Source of the DNA: Candidatus Micrarchaeota archaeon
GTDB taxonomy: Archaea; Micrarchaeota; Micrarchaeia; Micrarchaeales; CABMGC01
Direction of reading: 5' to 3'
DNA length: 61,249 nucleotides
NCBI GenBank assembly: GCA_046536675.1
Contig: JAWDMK010000001.1
Location: forward strand, 1-61,249
The notes beneath the pieces were generated by a model. That model saw nothing but the letters and a program-made list of their open reading frames with translations. It had not been told where the DNA came from and did not search any database. The position numbers were made by a program, and so were the translations under genes. Each line of letters starts with the position of its first letter. The stretch's first letter is position 1. Of the stretch, positions 60,965 through 61,249 are shown one piece after another.

Positions 60965-61249
60965 GTATCCACCAATAAGTATTTTGCAGCACTAATTTAT
61001 AACTTTTATTAGCTAAAATTTTCTATCTTTAATTGCCATAATCTTAAGCAAAAACTATTAGACTTATGCACACAATCAGTCTAATTTAAAGGCAGTAATT
61101 TTTTATTTTTTTATATAGTTTATTATTTGATAGGTTGTTGAAATTTATATCTATATCACTCAACCACCTTTCTTGCAGTGCCTAATTGTACCACCTCCAC
61201 ATCTTTTCTACCTGTATTTTATTATGTATGCAATGAGGCATGCATATGC

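Noticed and set aside
60965-61249. 285-bp AT-rich non-coding end of the window, with a hairpin (TAGACT-N13-AGTCTA at about 61060-61085), considered as a replication origin
   Set aside because: I could find no repeated ORB-like elements and there is no adjacent cdc6/orc1 gene in the window. It is more likely a promoter or terminator region for a gene beyond the edge. This cannot be decided from the window.
1-61249. CRISPR arrays, IS elements, integrases, prophage or plasmid genes, rRNA operons
   Set aside because: I found no regularly spaced direct repeats. The only longer exact repeats are the 35-nt flippase tract and the 21-nt intragenic repeat at 14463 and 14574. I recognised no transposase, integrase or Cas motifs in any frame, and no 16S, 23S or 5S-like sequence.

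Overview
This is an AT-rich, gene-dense stretch of archaeal core chromosome. I see no mobile elements, CRISPR arrays or rRNA genes. About 70 protein genes are supportable, and most are informational.

Main gene groups:
- RNA polymerase block: rpoH, rpoB'' and rpoB' (split rpoB), rpoA', rpoA''.
- Ribosomal genes L1-L10(P0)-L12(P1), plus an L41e gene that falls below the ORF-track cut-off.
- Aminoacylation: IleRS, TyrRS, CysRS, GatD and GatE.
- Replication and topology: RFC small subunit and a type IA topoisomerase.
- RNA processing: aCPSF1, aCPSF2 and Rpp29.
- tRNA modification: Kae1, Bud32, TrmI and a MiaB-like enzyme.
- Proteostasis: proteasome beta subunit, a PAC2 chaperone, TldD/PmbA, grpE-dnaK-dnaJ and a presenilin-type protease.
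- Envelope and glycosylation: two tandem Wzx-like flippases, a GT2, a GT4, and a sequon-rich surface protein with a Thr-rich stalk.

RNA genes are SRP (7S) RNA and five tRNAs: Trp-CCA, Ser-GCU, Arg-GCG, Leu-UAA and Ala-GGC.

Most unusual observations:
1. Four of the five tRNAs are interrupted. Three carry short insertions at non-canonical positions: the D-loop in Ser and Leu, and the T-loop in Ala.
2. The canonical 63-nt tRNA-Trp intron carries a box C/D-like guide. Its antisense element places C34 of the same tRNA at the methylation position.
3. SRP RNA, a PAC2 gene and an Sm gene each end 1-7 nt before a tRNA, which suggests tRNA-punctuated 3' end formation.
4. Two paralogous genes of about 53 aa (39108-39443) are missed by the ORF track. 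They sit in tandem, convergent with an internally duplicated Lrp-type regulator.
5. A small wHTH gene overlaps the start of grpE-dnaK-dnaJ, in the slot that HrcA occupies in bacteria.

Lineage is inference only. The split rpoB, separate Kae1 and Bud32, frequent GGTG-type Shine-Dalgarno sites mixed with leaderless starts, and non-canonical tRNA introns fit a small-genome DPANN-like or Thermoplasmata-related archaeon. I cannot confirm this without database searches.

All functional calls rest on motifs I recognise by eye in the supplied translations, not on alignments.
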